Shown piece by piece: positions 63,808-64,000 of a stretch of DNA of 64,000 nucleotides (the first letter of the stretch is position 1; each line of letters begins with the position of its first letter). Below the pieces are notes generated by a model. It worked only from the letters and a program-made list of their open reading frames with translations, had not been told where the DNA came from and searched no databases. The translations under genes and the position numbers were made by a program. Source of the DNA: Podarcis melisellensis (lineage: Eukaryota); the NCBI GenBank assembly GCA_964234715.1, contig OZ174278.1; one strand, written 5' to 3'.

Positions 63808-64000
63808 GTCTGGGGACACTGACCCAAAAGTTCTAGGGCACAGTCATTTAGGGTATATGGAAATTTTACTGGAACACATACGTAGCCCATCTATGTGAGG
63901 GTAGCTGAAGTCACACATTATCTTTTGAATGTTTACTTGATTTCATTCTTTTTTTTAGCAGTGGGGTGAATGCACATCTACAGTACTAAATTACTCTTGG

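Overview
Vertebrate genomic DNA, most likely from a lacertid lizard: it carries Podarcis/Lacerta-type Sauria and Squam3 SINEs, Penelope remnants and squamate hAT MITEs. One protein-coding gene is supported: GPM6B (neuronal membrane glycoprotein M6-b, proteolipid PLP/DM20 family) on the minus strand, coding span about 2.0-34.7 kb. I reconstructed nine coding exons with GT-AG junctions in phase: a METAAEE first exon, a 120-nt cassette exon missing from the ORF track, five core exons (187/157/172/74/66 nt) and two alternative terminal exons. Predicted proteins are 261/284 aa without the cassette and 301/324 aa with it. The rest is intronic or upstream sequence full of transposon fossils, many with readable target-site duplications, plus microsatellites and two assembly gaps. 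The most notable signals are: (1) a minimal, dimer-type hammerhead ribozyme core in a Penelope-like insertion at about 41.55 kb; (2) a Met-Val-stop micro-uORF whose stop codon overlaps the position of the mammalian annotated first ATG, which is ATA here; (3) a Sauria SINE insertion that appears to record an end-to-end reverse-transcriptase template jump; (4) a young 90-92 bp hAT MITE pair; (5) an OC1-like element from a family known for horizontal transfer. I found no convincing evidence for a wholly new multi-gene system. Nearly all other ORFs in the track appear to be chance ORFs. Repeat family names are from recall, not database searches.
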